Shown here: one piece after another, positions 23,535 to 36,467 of the stretch
How the letters are laid out: each line of letters opens with the position of its first letter
Position numbering within the stretch: position 1 is the first letter of the stretch
Assembly: GCA_036867785.1 (NCBI GenBank)
Contig: CP145414.1
Span: forward strand, 868,001-932,000
Direction: 5' to 3'
Source of the DNA: Plasmodiophora brassicae
Taxonomy: Eukaryota
DNA length: 64,000 nucleotides
The notes under the pieces: generated by a model
Database searches by the model: none
Told to the model about the DNA's origin: nothing
The model's input: only the letters and a program-made list of their open reading frames with translations
Program-made: the position numbers and the translations under genes

Positions 23535-24111
23535 TTTACGGGATGCGCCCTAATCTTTGCGGTCGCGACGTTATTTGCCGCAGGTCACGCGGTGGAGAGA
23601 AAGTTTCACATTTCACGCCAACCTCAGGCGGTGAATAGACAAACTCGTATTCGGCATTATGTTATCGCCTATAATGACCCTTCGCCAATAGTTTAGATTC
23701 ATGTACAAACAAACTCGTATGAAAGATGACGTTTTGTAGTTCGGCACTCACATTTGTTACAGGACCCAGTCGAAAATGAATTGCCGATCGTCCCGTTTGC
23801 ATCATACACTGTTCCTAGTGAAAGTCTACACAAGACAACTATACACGGAGGACGTTGACGCTACGCGGAGCGACTTTGGTGGAGCCAGTCTCAGACACGA
23901 AGGGCTGATGATACAAAGCATGTATATAAAATTACTGTACTAGTAAAGCGTGATTTATGGGACTGGCAGATGCGGCGGTGTAATTGGAGCGTACGGTAGT
24001 ATGAGGAATGATATCTCCTTTGTCGGCAAGCAGTCAGCAGAGCCGCTGCCTGTCCGTGTTCCCGTTTCTTTTTTGGACATTTCCAGGTTGGATCGATCCA
24101 CGATTGTGGCC

Positions 24112-27100
24112 ATGGTGAGCGGGGCGTCGGGTCTTGACACGGGGGCGCCCAGCGCCGACTTCATGGATCTGTATTCCAGGCAGATTGGTGCATACGGTAT
24201 TGAGCTTATGGGCCGATTCTCTCAAATGGCAGTCCTTGTTGTCGGTCTTCGTGGAGCAGGCGTGGAAACTGCAAAGAACTTGATATTGGCTGGGCCTAAG
24301 CAGGTTGGAATGAGGTTTATGAATAATGGCTGAAGTGCTAGTGGTCACTGAGTCCAACGCAGGTCGCACTTCACGACCCTGAGCTGTCGTCCGTTCGCGA
24401 TTTGCAGACGAACTTTTATCTGACCGAAACTCATGCTTCTAAGCGCGTTCCTCGCGACAAGGCGTCGGTGGTCAATTTGAGCACTTTGAACCCCTATGTT
24501 CAAGTCAGGGTCCACGAAGGCGCCCTCGACGAGGCTTGTATTCGACAGTTCCATGTCGTCATTGTGACGAACGATATGTGCCATGAGGTTCCTGAGTTGA
24601 CTTCCATTTCTGTATAATCCATTCCCATTTCCCTCGAACTGTAGGACCTCGTCAGAATCAACACAGTCTGTCGCCAGCATGGGATTAAGTTTATTTACGG
24701 ATGGACCGGCGGTGTCATCTCGTCAATCTTCTCTGATTTCGGGAAAGCGCATACGGCAAGTTCCCCCTGGTCACTTCATATATGCTCTTTCTGACCTGCT
24801 CCATAGGTCACCGATATTGATGGCGAACCGCTTCGAATCAACGTCGTTCAGTCTATCTCCAAGACCGGTCCGCTTTCTTACCTTACGATCCCATGAGAGC
24901 ACAAGTTCTGACCCCATTTAGGCGTTGTTACCGTTGCTGGTGACCGACATCGTCTCGATGACGGCGACTATGTCAAATTCGAAGAACTGCAAGGGGAGAT
25001 GGCTGTGTAAGTCGCTCTGAAAGGGTATTGTCTCACAACCTAACCTTCCAAAAGTCTGAATTCGCCATCGCATGAGTCGGCCCCTTCGGCGGACGGGCCT
25101 TCAGGGTACGCATCTCGAGAGGTCTGTGTTGCCAAGCTAACGTTCTCGTCCCGGTAGGCATGTCTTCCAAATTCGTCGAATGTTCGGGAAGTCAACTGGA
25201 GCGGATGGCAAACCTCGAACTGTCCTGTTGGCGAACAAGTTTGAGCTGGTTGATTTCGACGCCTCGCGGTTCACGGAAGACTACTCGGACGGCGGCATGG
25301 TGTCGCAAATCAAGCTTCCAAAGACGTTGCATTACCGCAGCTTTGCAGAGTCATGCGTCAACCCTGTCGCTCCTGATCAGTTTATGGGATTGCCACACAT
25401 GGATATGAACAAGGTACTGGAATGCGTACCGTGTACAGCTATCCGTTAATCGCGGTTCCTTTCTGTTGGTACCAGCTTCTCACTTGCAATCGCGGCGCAC
25501 AACTTCACTTTGCCCGTCTCGCCCTGTGGCGTTTCCAATCACTTCACGGTGGGCAGCTCCCTGACATCCACAACGTCGCCCATGCAGATGAATGTATTTC
25601 ACTGGCTACTCGAATCCTGGAAGAGCACAAGGGCTTGTCTGACGTACGCTGAGTATGTTTGATTATCGTCAAAAGAAACTTATCGCTATTCGAATCGACA
25701 GGGGGCGGCCCTAGTCATCGACGAAATTGATAAGAACGTCGTGAAGCAGTCGGCCCTGTACGCTAGGGCCGAGCTGCCGGGGTTCGCTGCGTTCCTTGGT
25801 GGAGTCCTCGCCCAGGAATGTGTTAAGGTTCGCTGCGTGGAACTGGTAACTTGGCGGTGTTCCTAATTGCTGTTGTCCATAGGCGGCTGGGAAGTACACG
25901 CCTCTGAACCAATGGCTTCATCACGATGCCTTGGAATTGCTAGTGGAGCGTGACTTGCCGTCTCCAGACTCGGCCCTGAACGCTTCTCAACCTACGCGAT
26001 ACGACAATCAGATTGCGATATTTGGGCGTGCTTTCCAAGAAAAACTGAAGAACCAAGTGAGAAGCAGTTCTTGTCCCCTATACTGTTCTTACACGTCTTT
26101 GAACTGTGCAGAAATGGTTCCTGGTCGGGGCGGGTGCTCTGGGATGTGAATATATCAAGGGTATCGCCTTGATGGGCCTTGGTTGCGGCTCGGCCGGGTG
26201 CATTCATGTGACGGACATGGATCGGATCGAGGTCAGCAACCTCAACAGGCAGTTCCTGTTCAGGCGCGACAATGTCGGTCAGCCGAAATCAGTGTGTGCA
26301 ACGGACGCTGCACGCGCCATGAACAAGGACTTGCGGGTCCACACATACGAAGTTGCAGTTGGGCCCAACACTGAGAACGTCTTTGACGACGACTTTTGGT
26401 CTGGCTTGGATGGTGTGTGGAACGCCCTCGACAACATCAAGGCACGGCAGTACACAGATTCGAAATGCGTCCTCTTCGAAAAGCCGCTTCTCGAGTCTGG
26501 TACCCTGGGAACGAAAGCGAACTGCGAAACCGTTATCCCGTTCCAGACTCAGTCCTATTCAGAGCAGAAGGAGCAGGAAGAAGATTCCATTCCGAGTACG
26601 TAAAATTGCAATGTGAATGATGGCCGTACCTGACAGGTTACTTTGCAGTGTGCACATTGCGTAACTTCCCGCATTTCACAGAGCACTGTATCGAATGGGC
26701 GCGGGCGCAGTTCTCGGACTGGTTTGCAGATCTGCCTGCGGAAGTGAATTGCCTCATCACGGACCGAAACGAGTATTTCGGGAAGCTTAGCAAGGAAGGC
26801 AATGCCGGTGTCCAGGTATACGCTTTGACCGAGGCGTTGCACATTGCGCTTATTGTCGTCTCAGGTCGCCGCGCTGCGTCGTGTGCTAGACATCATAGAT
26901 ACATTGCACGGGGGTTCCCCTAGCTTCGAAACCGCTGTCCAACTTGCCTGCGTCAAGTTCCAGGAACATTTCCGCAACCGGATTCTGGATCTGATCCACG
27001 CTTTCCCTGAGGTAAATCCACCCGTCGATGTTCCTATTCTGGGTTGTAGTCTCAACCATATCTTTAAGGACGCCAGAAAGGTTGATTCTGAATCGGGCGC

Positions 27101-28468
27101 TGACCTCGGACCTTTCTGGACTGGAGAGAAACGATTCCCAAGAGCCACCGAGCTTGATGTATCCAACCCTTTGCATGTTGATTTTATCGTGGCTGCGTCG
27201 AACATTTACGCAGCAATATTCAAGTTGGCACCTGTAAGTATCTCGATGGGCAACGTATTGCAAGTTGATTCAGTACTACTATGTAAAGATACGTGATCGG
27301 GATGCAATTGCTTCGATGGCGTCGCACTTCACACCGTCCGTGTGGAAACCGAAAACGGACGTCAGCATTCAAGTTGACGATTCAGCTCCTCAGCCAGCAC
27401 ACGATGACGATGACGAATCTGAAGAACTTGAAAGTCTGAAAGCCAAAGTCAACCAGATTAACTTCAGCAAGGTGAGGTTGCTTGTGTTTGCATGGACGAC
27501 TATATCTCTTATCGAGATAGGTCTCGGAACTGGTTCCCGCTGACTTCGAGAAGGACGACGACAGCAACTTCCACATTGATTTTATTACAGCTGCGTCGAA
27601 TTTGCGTTCCTGGAATTACCGGATCAAGGAGGCGACTCGGCACACGTGCAAGGTTAGGGCGTTTTCGCTGCTGTGTTTCTCAGTGCAGGCTTAACCGTCG
27701 CTGCAACAGATGATCGCCGGCAAAATTATTCCTGCCCTTGCGACCACAACAGCAATGATAACCGGGCTCGTATGCCTCGAACTTTACAAAGTAGGACGTG
27801 AAAAGGCATCTGCAGACATGTCATACGTGCTTACAGTTATCCAGGTTGTCCTCGGTCTGAAGGCGGACAAAATGGCGAATGCCAATGTCAACCTTGCTGT
27901 CAACTCATTCCAGTCGTTTGCACCACTGGAACCGGTCAAGGCCAAAGCGCAGTACGACGTTATCATGTGTGAAGAAATCCGCCCGGTCCCAGATGGGTTC
28001 ACAATCTGGGACAAGGTGAAGAGCTATAGGGTATTATTTTGTCAAGATCGAAACTCATTTATAGCGTATAGGTCGTCATTGACTGTGGCGTCCTGACTGT
28101 TGAAGAATTTGTCGCAGCCGTCGAGAGGTTGCATCACGGCGTCCAAATTCAGCTATTGTTCAGTGCTGGTCCGTCTAGGCTGTTCTCCGTGATCTTTGCA
28201 AACGTCTGAACAACGCGCAGACATCACCGATGAGATGATCGCGGCCGGAAAGGGCAAAGCTCTCTACAACGCCAACAAATACCTCCCAGCGGCCGTCCGC
28301 GCCCTTAACGAAGCGAACCGAAAAAGGGACCTCAAACAACTGTACACTGAGACGTACGGCCCGCTGCCGACCCCGAATAAGAAATTCGTCATGCTGAACT
28401 CGGTCGTGACCGATGCCGCTGGCGGTTCCCTTGTCATTCCAAAGATCAAATACGTCTTTGCCAAATAG
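24112..28468 (+). CDS. UBA1: Ubiquitin-activating enzyme E1, many exons
   Basis: [79 protein letters not shown], catalytic [38 protein letters not shown]. Confidence 0.97.
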
Positions 28469-28853
28469 ACGCCGCTCGCTGCCCTCTGCCCACAGGCGAC
28501 GATCAATGTATTGTTCTCGTCTATTGTTTTTCCGGTACTTTACAATGGCCTTCACTGCCAACGCACGTCTGTCGAGGGCACAACTGTCCTGCTGGGATCA
28601 GGCAGCGTCCTCGATCTCGATGTATATATCGTAGATATGCGCGATTCACAGTTGTTCGATGCGAGCCGCAACGCCAGCGCTGACCTTGTTTCGCTGTTGC
28701 AGGGTGCAGACAGGCCTCGCGGTAGCTGCTGCTCAGACTTCAGAGTGTCGCGCGCACAGTGCGAGGCATCCCGCATCAGCATCCCCCTTGCTGGTTGCTG
28801 CGGAAAATAGCTGGCGCCAAAGTCGCACAAATGGGTAGTTGCTGGTGGTGCCA

Positions 28854-31390
28854 ATGATCGCATGGGCGAGCCGGTCAGCGCGCGCGACATGGGCGGGCGC
28901 GCGGGCGACGGCGTCCGGGCGGCTGACGCTGCACGGATGTGATTGGGTGCTGAAGTTCGTCGTGGCGTCTACTGACCCGGTTCTGCCTGATCGACTGCGC
29001 ACCGCTCTGGATAATGTCACGCAGCAGATCCCGGGTATTCTCCTGCAACGATCGTATAATTACTCGGGGCTTCGCCTCCTGCCCCATATCGGCATGAAGA
29101 TTGCCAGGCTCAGTGGCACGCGGTTAGGTCAGTCACCACCCGTTCGCATGTACTCTGCCAGGATCTCAACTGTTCGATTGCAATTGCAGATGCGTCGTCC
29201 GCCAGAGGGTTACTGCTGATGATCGGACAGGCCGTTTGCGACGATTTGAATGGGCTCACCGCGAAAGACGTGTCGATGCTGGCGCATGCGATGGGGAAGA
29301 CGTTCGCATACGATGACAACGTATTCGCGCGGATTGCAGAGCGAGTAGCGGACGGCGTCTGCCGCGACGTTGACGAGAGGTGCTTGTCGAACACGATCTG
29401 GGCGTTTGCTCGCTGCCGGGAGGCGTGCGATGAACGTGTCGTCGGGATTGTGACACGGCTGGCCATCGACAATATCGACAAGTTCCACATGCGGAACCTG
29501 GCCCTGACTTCGTGGTCTCTGGCGTCGCTTGGTGTTAACGACGACGTGATCTTCAACGCCATCGCCGAACGTGCCGTCGTCTGCATTGACCAGTTCTGGT
29601 CGCAGAGCCTCTCAATTATGGCCTGGGCGTTCACAACTCTGGAACGGCATGAAGCGGGTCTGTTCTCGGCCATCGCCGAACGTTCCGTTGCTATCGCCAA
29701 ATCTTTCAACGAGCAGAGTCTGGCCATTACCGTCTGGGCGTTCGCGACCCTGTCAATCGATGCCTCTGACCTCTTCTGGGCTCTGGGGCGCCGAGCTCTT
29801 CTCATCATGAATACGTTCACACCGCAGAACATTGCCAATCTCGTCTGGGCGTTCGCAACAATGGGCAGGGTTCCCGAAGACCTTTTCGCGGCCGTCGCTC
29901 AGCGTGCCATCGTCATTGCCAACCGATTCACATCGCCCAGCATCACCCGTACGATCTGGTCGTTCGCCTCGGTCGGGTTCCAACATCGGGACCTGTTCTC
30001 GGCGATGGGCCGCCGTGCGGCCGCTCTGATCGACACGTTTTCGTCGCAGAACCTGGCGATAACAGCGTGGGCCTACGCCAAGGTCAACGATAACAACGTG
30101 ACCCTGTTCACGGCGATCGCCCGACGGGCTGCTGCCATCGCCGACACATTCGATCCTCAGTGCACGGCGAACACCGCCTGGGCGTTCGCAACGCTCGACA
30201 TCGTTAACGACGCTTTGTTCATAGTCATCGCCCAGCGCGCCGCTGAGTCGATCGACGCCTTCGCGCCGCAAAGCCTGGCGAACCTTGCCTGGTCATTCGC
30301 GACGGTCGGCATCCCTAACGCCGACCTGTTTGCTGCGATCAGCAAGCGATCAGTAACCATAATCAATGTGCTCAACGCCCAGAACATCGCCATTACCGCG
30401 TGGGCGTTCGCCGCAGTTGGCGCTCGCGACCCTTTCCTGTTTGAGACGATGGCCCATCGTGCCGTTGCGATCGTTGAGTCGTTCACCGCTCAGAATCTGG
30501 CCAACACCGCCTGGGCCTTCGCGAAGGTCGGCGAATACGACCATAACCAGCTGTTCCAGGTTTTGGCGGAACGCGCCGTCTCGATCATCGATACGTTCAA
30601 CGGGCACGGTCTGTCGAACATCGCCTGGGCGTTTGCCACGTTCGGCTTCGCCGACCGCAGGCTCTTCTCTGCCATCCGCGAATGCACGATCATGAACATC
30701 CGGTCGTTCACGTCGCATGGGCTCGCCATGACGGCGTGGGCGTATTCCAGGCTGGGCATTCGTGATGTCGAACTGTTCGACGTGATCGGCAGGCATGCCA
30801 TTGCGGTCGCTGACTCGTTCTCGACGCAAAGCGCTGCTGAACTCTCGTTCGCATTCGCCAAACTTGGCATCGACAACGCCAAGGTGTTCCACGCGATTCA
30901 AGCGCGCGCCTACGCTGTCATTGGCGTGCTCAACGCGCAGGACGCCGTTGGTGTCGCTTTATGGCTGTCGTTTGCCGGCGCTGGTAACGACGATATCCTT
31001 CGGAGAGTCGGGCGACGTGTTGTCGACGTCGCGGACGGGATGTCAGCTCAGGATCTTGTCAGTATCGCCTGCGTGTTCGAAACACGTAACGACGACCACC
31101 TGTTCCAGGCCATTGCGCGACGCGTCATCGCCGTCATTGACACATTCGACGCCCAAAGCCTCGCCAGCATCGCCAGGTCGTTCACCACCAAACGCTTCCG
31201 GTGCGACGACCTCTGGCGCGCCATTGGTCGACGCGCCGCATCGATCGTCAACGGTTCTCGCCTGCCGGCCACCGTCCCTAACGAAATCCGCCTCCTCGCC
31301 GTCAAGGCCCATCACTCGGCGATCATGACGTCCCGCCTGGCTTCATCGGCAGCCCGCTCGAGGCACCGCTCTCAGGCAATGTCCCTGTAG
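28854..31390 (+). CDS. Heptatricopeptide-repeat (HPR/OPR-like, 37-aa) helical repeat protein, probably mitochondrial, 2 exons
   Basis: About 18 tandem 37-aa units with consensus dtF.pQ.lan.aWafa.lg..d..LF.aia.ra..ii. Upstream exon MIAWASRSARATWAGARATASGRL joins through a plausible intron at about 29128-29189. Confidence 0.85.
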
Positions 31391-31516
31391 GTTAGTGTAC
31401 CTTCGGCATTCTATTCCTGGCCTGGAGCGAAAGTCCCCCACACTACCTACGCCTGGCCATTTGCTTTTTTGTGGTGGGGTGGGCCCTGAGGGCTGACCCC
31501 CAACTGGGACTGGCGA

Positions 31517-32944
31517 ATGGCCCTCCGCTCGGTCGACGACGATGAAGAATCGACCATTTCCCGTTTTTCGCGAGGCCGAGTCGTCGACCCGATGGCGTCC
31601 ATAGCGACGCGCAAAGCGGCCGTTACTGTGGCGGCCGGCACCGTCCTGGCCCTTGTCGTGCTCAACGCGATCGCCGTCCGGCGTGCGAATGCGCCGCCGA
31701 GTTGGGCGGTCAGCCCGGATGACGCGTCGTCGTCGGCGACAAGTGGCAAGCTGTTCTCGGGCGTCGCGTTCCGCACGTTTCCTGTCGATTCCGTCAAATT
31801 CGACGGGGAATCACTGTCGGCGTCTGGGGCCAAGTCGTCGTTCGCGTCCGGTGATAACCCGCAGTGCAAGCAGTGGTCCGTTGTGACAACGATCTTCGAA
31901 CCGTCCGACGCCGTCAAGAAGCAGGCCAATCTTGGCCCGGACTGGTGCATCGTCATCGTCGGCGATCGCAAGTCGCCGCCTGTTTACCACGTGGAAGGCT
32001 CCAGCACGATCGTGTACCTGGACGCGAACGACCAGGAGACGTTCGGCAAGGAGTTCCCCGAGTTCTTCTCGACGCTGAACTGGAACCATTTCGGGCGCAA
32101 GAACGTCGGCTTCCTGTACGCCATCGCGCACGGTGCCCAGGCGATTTGGGATTTCGACGACGATAACATTCTTAAGGACCACGCGGACATCAAGGTCCCT
32201 GGTGAAGATGAAGACTACTCGGTCGACCTGCCGAAGGACCATGACTTCCCGACGTACAATCCCTACGTCAAGATGGGGGCGCCCCATTCCCCGTCATGGC
32301 CGCGAGGGATCCCGCTGACCCACATCAAGGACAGCGGTAGCTGGAAATCGTCACTGCAACGTGCACGAGTAAAGGGTCGCGACGTTGCGCTGATCCAGTC
32401 GCTTGCCGACCACGACCCCGATATGGACGCCATCTATCGCTTAACGATGCCGCTGCCGTTCAACTTCCAGCCGCCTTCCGATGCTGCTCCCATTGTTCTG
32501 CCGCCAAAGACGCTGGCGCCTTTGAATGCTCAGGCCTGCCTGTTCAGACGTGCCGCCTTCTGGATGCTACTGCTGCCTGTCACTGTCCACGGGCGTGTCT
32601 CCGATATCTGGAGAGGTTATGCCGGCCAAAGGCTGCTTTGGGATCTCGGCCTACACGTCATCTTCTCCCCGCCCATTGTGGACCAGTTTCGTAACCCGCA
32701 CAGCTACCTGGCCGACTTCGACTCGGAAATCCCGCTGTACACTCGCGCGGGAGCGCTCGTCGAGTTCCTGCATCAGTGGTCCAGCGCTGCCACGACGCTG
32801 CCCGGGCGCGTCGAGCAGCTGTGGATCGCGCTCTACGAACGCGGGTACGTCGAGATGAAGGACGTGGTCCTGGTGCAGCACTGGCTCCAGGCCCTGACCG
32901 ACGTCGGCTACGAGTTCCCAGGCCTCCCGACCGCCCAGCCCTGA
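31517..32944 (+). CDS. STELLO-like (DUF288) putative glycosyltransferase, intronless, type II membrane
   Basis: WSVVTTI, WCIVIVGDRKSP, WNHFGRKNVGFLYAIAHGA..IWDFDDDN, WPRGIPL, DPDMDAIYRL, LLPVTVHGRVSDIWRGY, RNPHSYLADFDSE. Confidence 0.9.
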   Translation: MALRSVDDDEESTISRFSRGRVVDPMASIATRKAAVTVAAGTVLALVVLNAIAVRRANAPPSWAVSPDDASSSATSGKLFSGVAFRTFPVDSVKFDGESLSASGAKSSFASGDNPQCKQWSVVTTIFEPSDAVKKQANLGPDWCIVIVGDRKSPPVYHVEGSSTIVYLDANDQETFGKEFPEFFSTLNWNHFGRKNVGFLYAIAHGAQAIWDFDDDNILKDHADIKVPGEDEDYSVDLPKDHDFPTYNPYVKMGAPHSPSWPRGIPLTHIKDSGSWKSSLQRARVKGRDVALIQSLADHDPDMDAIYRLTMPLPFNFQPPSDAAPIVLPPKTLAPLNAQACLFRRAAFWMLLLPVTVHGRVSDIWRGYAGQRLLWDLGLHVIFSPPIVDQFRNPHSYLADFDSEIPLYTRAGALVEFLHQWSSAATTLPGRVEQLWIALYERGYVEMKDVVLVQHWLQALTDVGYEFPGLPTAQP

Positions 32945-33033
32945 AACGTCTACGCGCAACTGTGTACGTTTCTAGGTGCCACATGCATTTATATACACCG
33001 CATTTGCATTCGTGCCGCGTCGGTCTACTTACA

Positions 33034-33716
33034 CTATTGTTGTGCCGCTTCCCCCAGCTGACGAAGCAGGGTTTTGATGCCGGGCGCCACCGTCACGGCC
33101 GTTGCGGGCGACAAGCGGGGATCGCACTTGCATTTAACGACCAGGTACCTGCACACGTCGGCGTGGTTGTTCAGCGCGGCACACTGGAGCGGCGTCACGC
33201 CCCATTTGTCCTCCGTGTCCGGGTTGGCGTTGCCCAGCTCGTATAGCAGCTGGACAGCATCCAGGCGCCCTCTCCATGCTGCAAAGTGCATCGGCGTCCA
33301 TCCCGACTGACAGGCAGTGCGTCAGAACAACATGCACGCTGCCGATGAGCCCGGAAGCGATCGCAACCTTGGTGCAGAGGTTGGCGCAGCCTGGTTCCCG
33401 GGTCAGTTCCTGGCGAAGCAGGTCAATGGGGCCAGATTCGGCCAGATAATGTATGGCGAGGTGCCTGACAGGTCCGACTGTCAGGGCAACGGGGCGCGGT
33501 CGACGGCGCTGTCCCATGATCGTACCCATCGCTGACGTCCTGGCGGCTGACATACACGTGCGTCGGTGCCGTCGGCGGGTGCGACATCGCCGTCATTTCC
33601 GTTGGTTTGCCGGTATCGCGCAGCAACGGCACGGCATCGTCGCAGGACGACCCTTCGGGCGACGACGCACTCCTGCGCAGCATGGCGGACGCCGCCGAGG
33701 TCAGTGTCGACAGCAT
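33034..33716 (-). CDS. Small ankyrin-repeat protein, 3 exons
   Basis: Spliced QDVSDG|HLAIHYLA; GWTPMHFAAWRGRLDAVQLL; DKWGVTPLQCAALNNHADVCRYLV. Confidence 0.85.
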
Positions 33717-34141
33717 CTATGAATAGCGGGCGCGCCCCGGACGCACATTCGACGGGGACCGCGCAGTTCGCCAGTCGGAGATATCGCGCGATATCGCTCC
33801 TCCAGCCACTGCATCCGGACCCGGCGGCAGGCGCCCTGCACCCTTCGCCGGCCCGGCCAAACCCGTCTGTGACAGCGGCCACGTTTGCTGTTGTCGATGC
33901 CGGCGGCTCCGTTCCACGCACTCGGCACAGGTGTACCGAAATATCTGCAGATGTGGGGCAACGTTCGCGGGACAGGGGGCGCTCCTCCCGGTAATGGTCA
34001 CCCTGCCTTGAACACGAACCTAAGAGTCGTTTCAGGTGTGGCAGCTAATATGCCTTTTAAATGGTTCGTGGCGCATGCGATATGGCTATCGGTGGAGCAC
34101 GTGCGCCCTACCGCCTCACTGGGGCGTGGTCTAGGACCTGG

Positions 34142-34923
34142 TCAGTGCGGGAAGAGGCCCACGATTGGGATCACAGGTGGGCACTGGATCTGTCGCTTCC
34201 CGGCGAACGGTATTGTGAGGGAGAACGGAGCAAATGACGTGGTGACTTGAGCGATACCGCGAATGTCAATCGGGATTTCGGTTGTCGATCTGCAGGTCGT
34301 CACGACCATCATGACGATGTCCCCGTTCTCGCCGCCGACCTGGGCCCGCAAACTGAACGGGATCGTCAATGTCGTCGTCTCACGCGGCGGGAACGTGTAA
34401 CTGGGCACCGACACGTGGTGGAACTGGCGCTCTAGGAAACAGTTCTGCACTGAGGCGACCGCGTTTCGTCAATCGTAATACAATGTCGCTTACGATCATG
34501 GTAAATATAGGCGTTGCCAGAGACGACATTGACGGCGTACTCGTTCCGATTCGTGAACGTCAATCGGCATTCTGCGTCGAGCTTGAACTCGGTACTGTCG
34601 AGAGCGAACCCGCGATCATCGCAGTCTATCTGGACGGGCGGATTCGTATCCGGATAGTGAATCGCCACGAGGATACCGGCGACGGCCACCAGCAGGACGA
34701 GGATGAACGCGAAACCGCAACACGCCTGGCAGCCTGCCGAGCGGTGCCGGCAGACGAACCTCTCACAGAGGGTCCATCGACGCCGCCCAAGGAACCGCTC
34801 TGTCTCCCGCCGTTCCAGATTATCGATACAAGGAACGAAACAGGCGCGCGTGCCCGTTGCTGAACGTGGCCGTTGCCCTAGGGCCGTCTGCCCTACCGTC
34901 ATCGGGGTACCCGGCGACGCCAT
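34142..34923 (-). CDS. Single-TM protein with LEA_2-like beta domain, multi-exon
   Basis: CCGFAFILVLLVAVAGILVAI TM followed by LTFTNRNEYAVNV and YTFPPRETTTLTIPF (LEA-2/NDR1-like pattern). Confidence 0.55.
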
Positions 34924-35266
34924 CTCTAAATATAGGTCTGCCCCGGCACGGACGACGGGGCCGGTGACCCCCGATCGGCGATCAGCACCCGCCGGGGTGC
35001 CCATCTGCGTGTCACGCGCCCTCGTTTGCTGTCGCTCTCTCGGCGTGTATCAATCGTGCCAGATATTTGGAATGCGTCCCTGTCTTGTTTGCTCGCGACG
35101 GATACAACGCGCAAGGCGGGAACGCGCGGTCTAACCCGCAAGACAGTCGTCAGGACATTTCCCGGCGGGTCATGCCGACCTGGGCGTGCGGGTCATCGCG
35201 GAACTGCGCCCGCCGTTTAAACGGCGACGTCTCGGCAGCTGGTTCACCAAACGGTATTCCATTACG

Positions 35267-36192
35267 ATGGTCAGACGATCCGGTATGCATACTTGGTGCG
35301 CGGTTCTAGCGGCGACGTTGTGCCTGTGGTGTGCCCATGCGGCAGTGCGCTTGTCAGCGAAAGAGTTCGCGATCACGTTCAATGCGGGCGAGTTCGCGCG
35401 CACGTCTACAGCAACGTCGCGACTGGTTATGAGAAGCGCGTCAGAAGTCCAAGAGTACGCGCCGGAACGCGTAACCTGCACCCTTTCGGGTTACGCGGGC
35501 TCTTTCAAAGGTACGTCGCAGCGCTGCCTACATATCATGTACATGGCCGAGTGTGACAGTAGTCGGTAGACGCCTGGACATGCGTTGACGATTCGATGCC
35601 CGCCCACCTAGAGTTTGACCCTATGCTGACAGAGGTGACATGCGACGTGATGATGATGTCTACGTCCTTTGATGAGGGCGCGTGCTACCTGCGCTATGGA
35701 GTAAGAGCGCTTTATAAGTGATATCATCACGAGAACCTGCATCTGACGCGACGTGTCGGTGATGACAGATCCGAAGGCGAAGGACTTCGCGGTCTCGCAG
35801 GAACGTTCGGTCCGGCCTACCGGCGCCGTTTGCGCGTAAATGGAACGACACTCCCAGCGTCCCGCACGTGCAGGACGTCCATACGACGACAGACCGCGAT
35901 GAAGTCGGTCAATCCCCATCAGAGATGCCCCGATTCTGTCCTTATTATTCATGTGCAGGACCGCTTTTACGACGAGGGTTTCGCCACTGGTCAGTCTGAC
36001 CCCCACTCTGGTGGCCTTTCGGGAGCTGCCATTGCCGGTATCGTTGTCGCAAGCGTGCTTGTGGCTGCCGGCGTGGCCGTTGCTATAGTGTGTGTCATTC
36101 GCAGGCGTCAACGAGCCGCTATCGGGCGAGGGTGGGCCGAAGTGGAGATCGTCCCACCGCCTCCTTCGTACGACCAATATCTTCAGCAATAA
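35267..36192 (+). CDS. SARAF (TMEM66/DUF1183)-like type I membrane protein, 4 exons
   Basis: Signal peptide; spliced AITFNAGEF...YAPERVTCTLSGYAGSFK|DAWTC...F....EVTC.....EGACYLRYG; TM AIAGIVVASVLVAAGVAVAIV; C-terminal PPPPSY. Confidence 0.6.
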
Positions 36193-36467
36193 ATAACGAA
36201 ACGAGGGATGCTCGCCTGAAGAACTCGGATCGTTCGTTGTTGCTGTCTGGTCATGACCTGGCCTGAGTCCGGACACGATCGGTCATTCGTTTTCCTTCGA
36301 TGCACACGCTTGTGCTTCAGCCATGGACGGCGTGTCAGAATAAGTCCCCGTCCCACTGCTCTGGCAATTCCCGCAGTGGCGTACAAGACCCCGCCTGAGG
36401 CGTGTAACCCACGAACAAGTGACGGGTAGGGGCGATTAGTGTATTCATGAATTCGCAAACTGGCACG

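Noticed and set aside
23900..24010. Possible box C/D snoRNA (tgatga at about 23906)
   Set aside because: No suitably placed D box (CTGA) or terminal stem.
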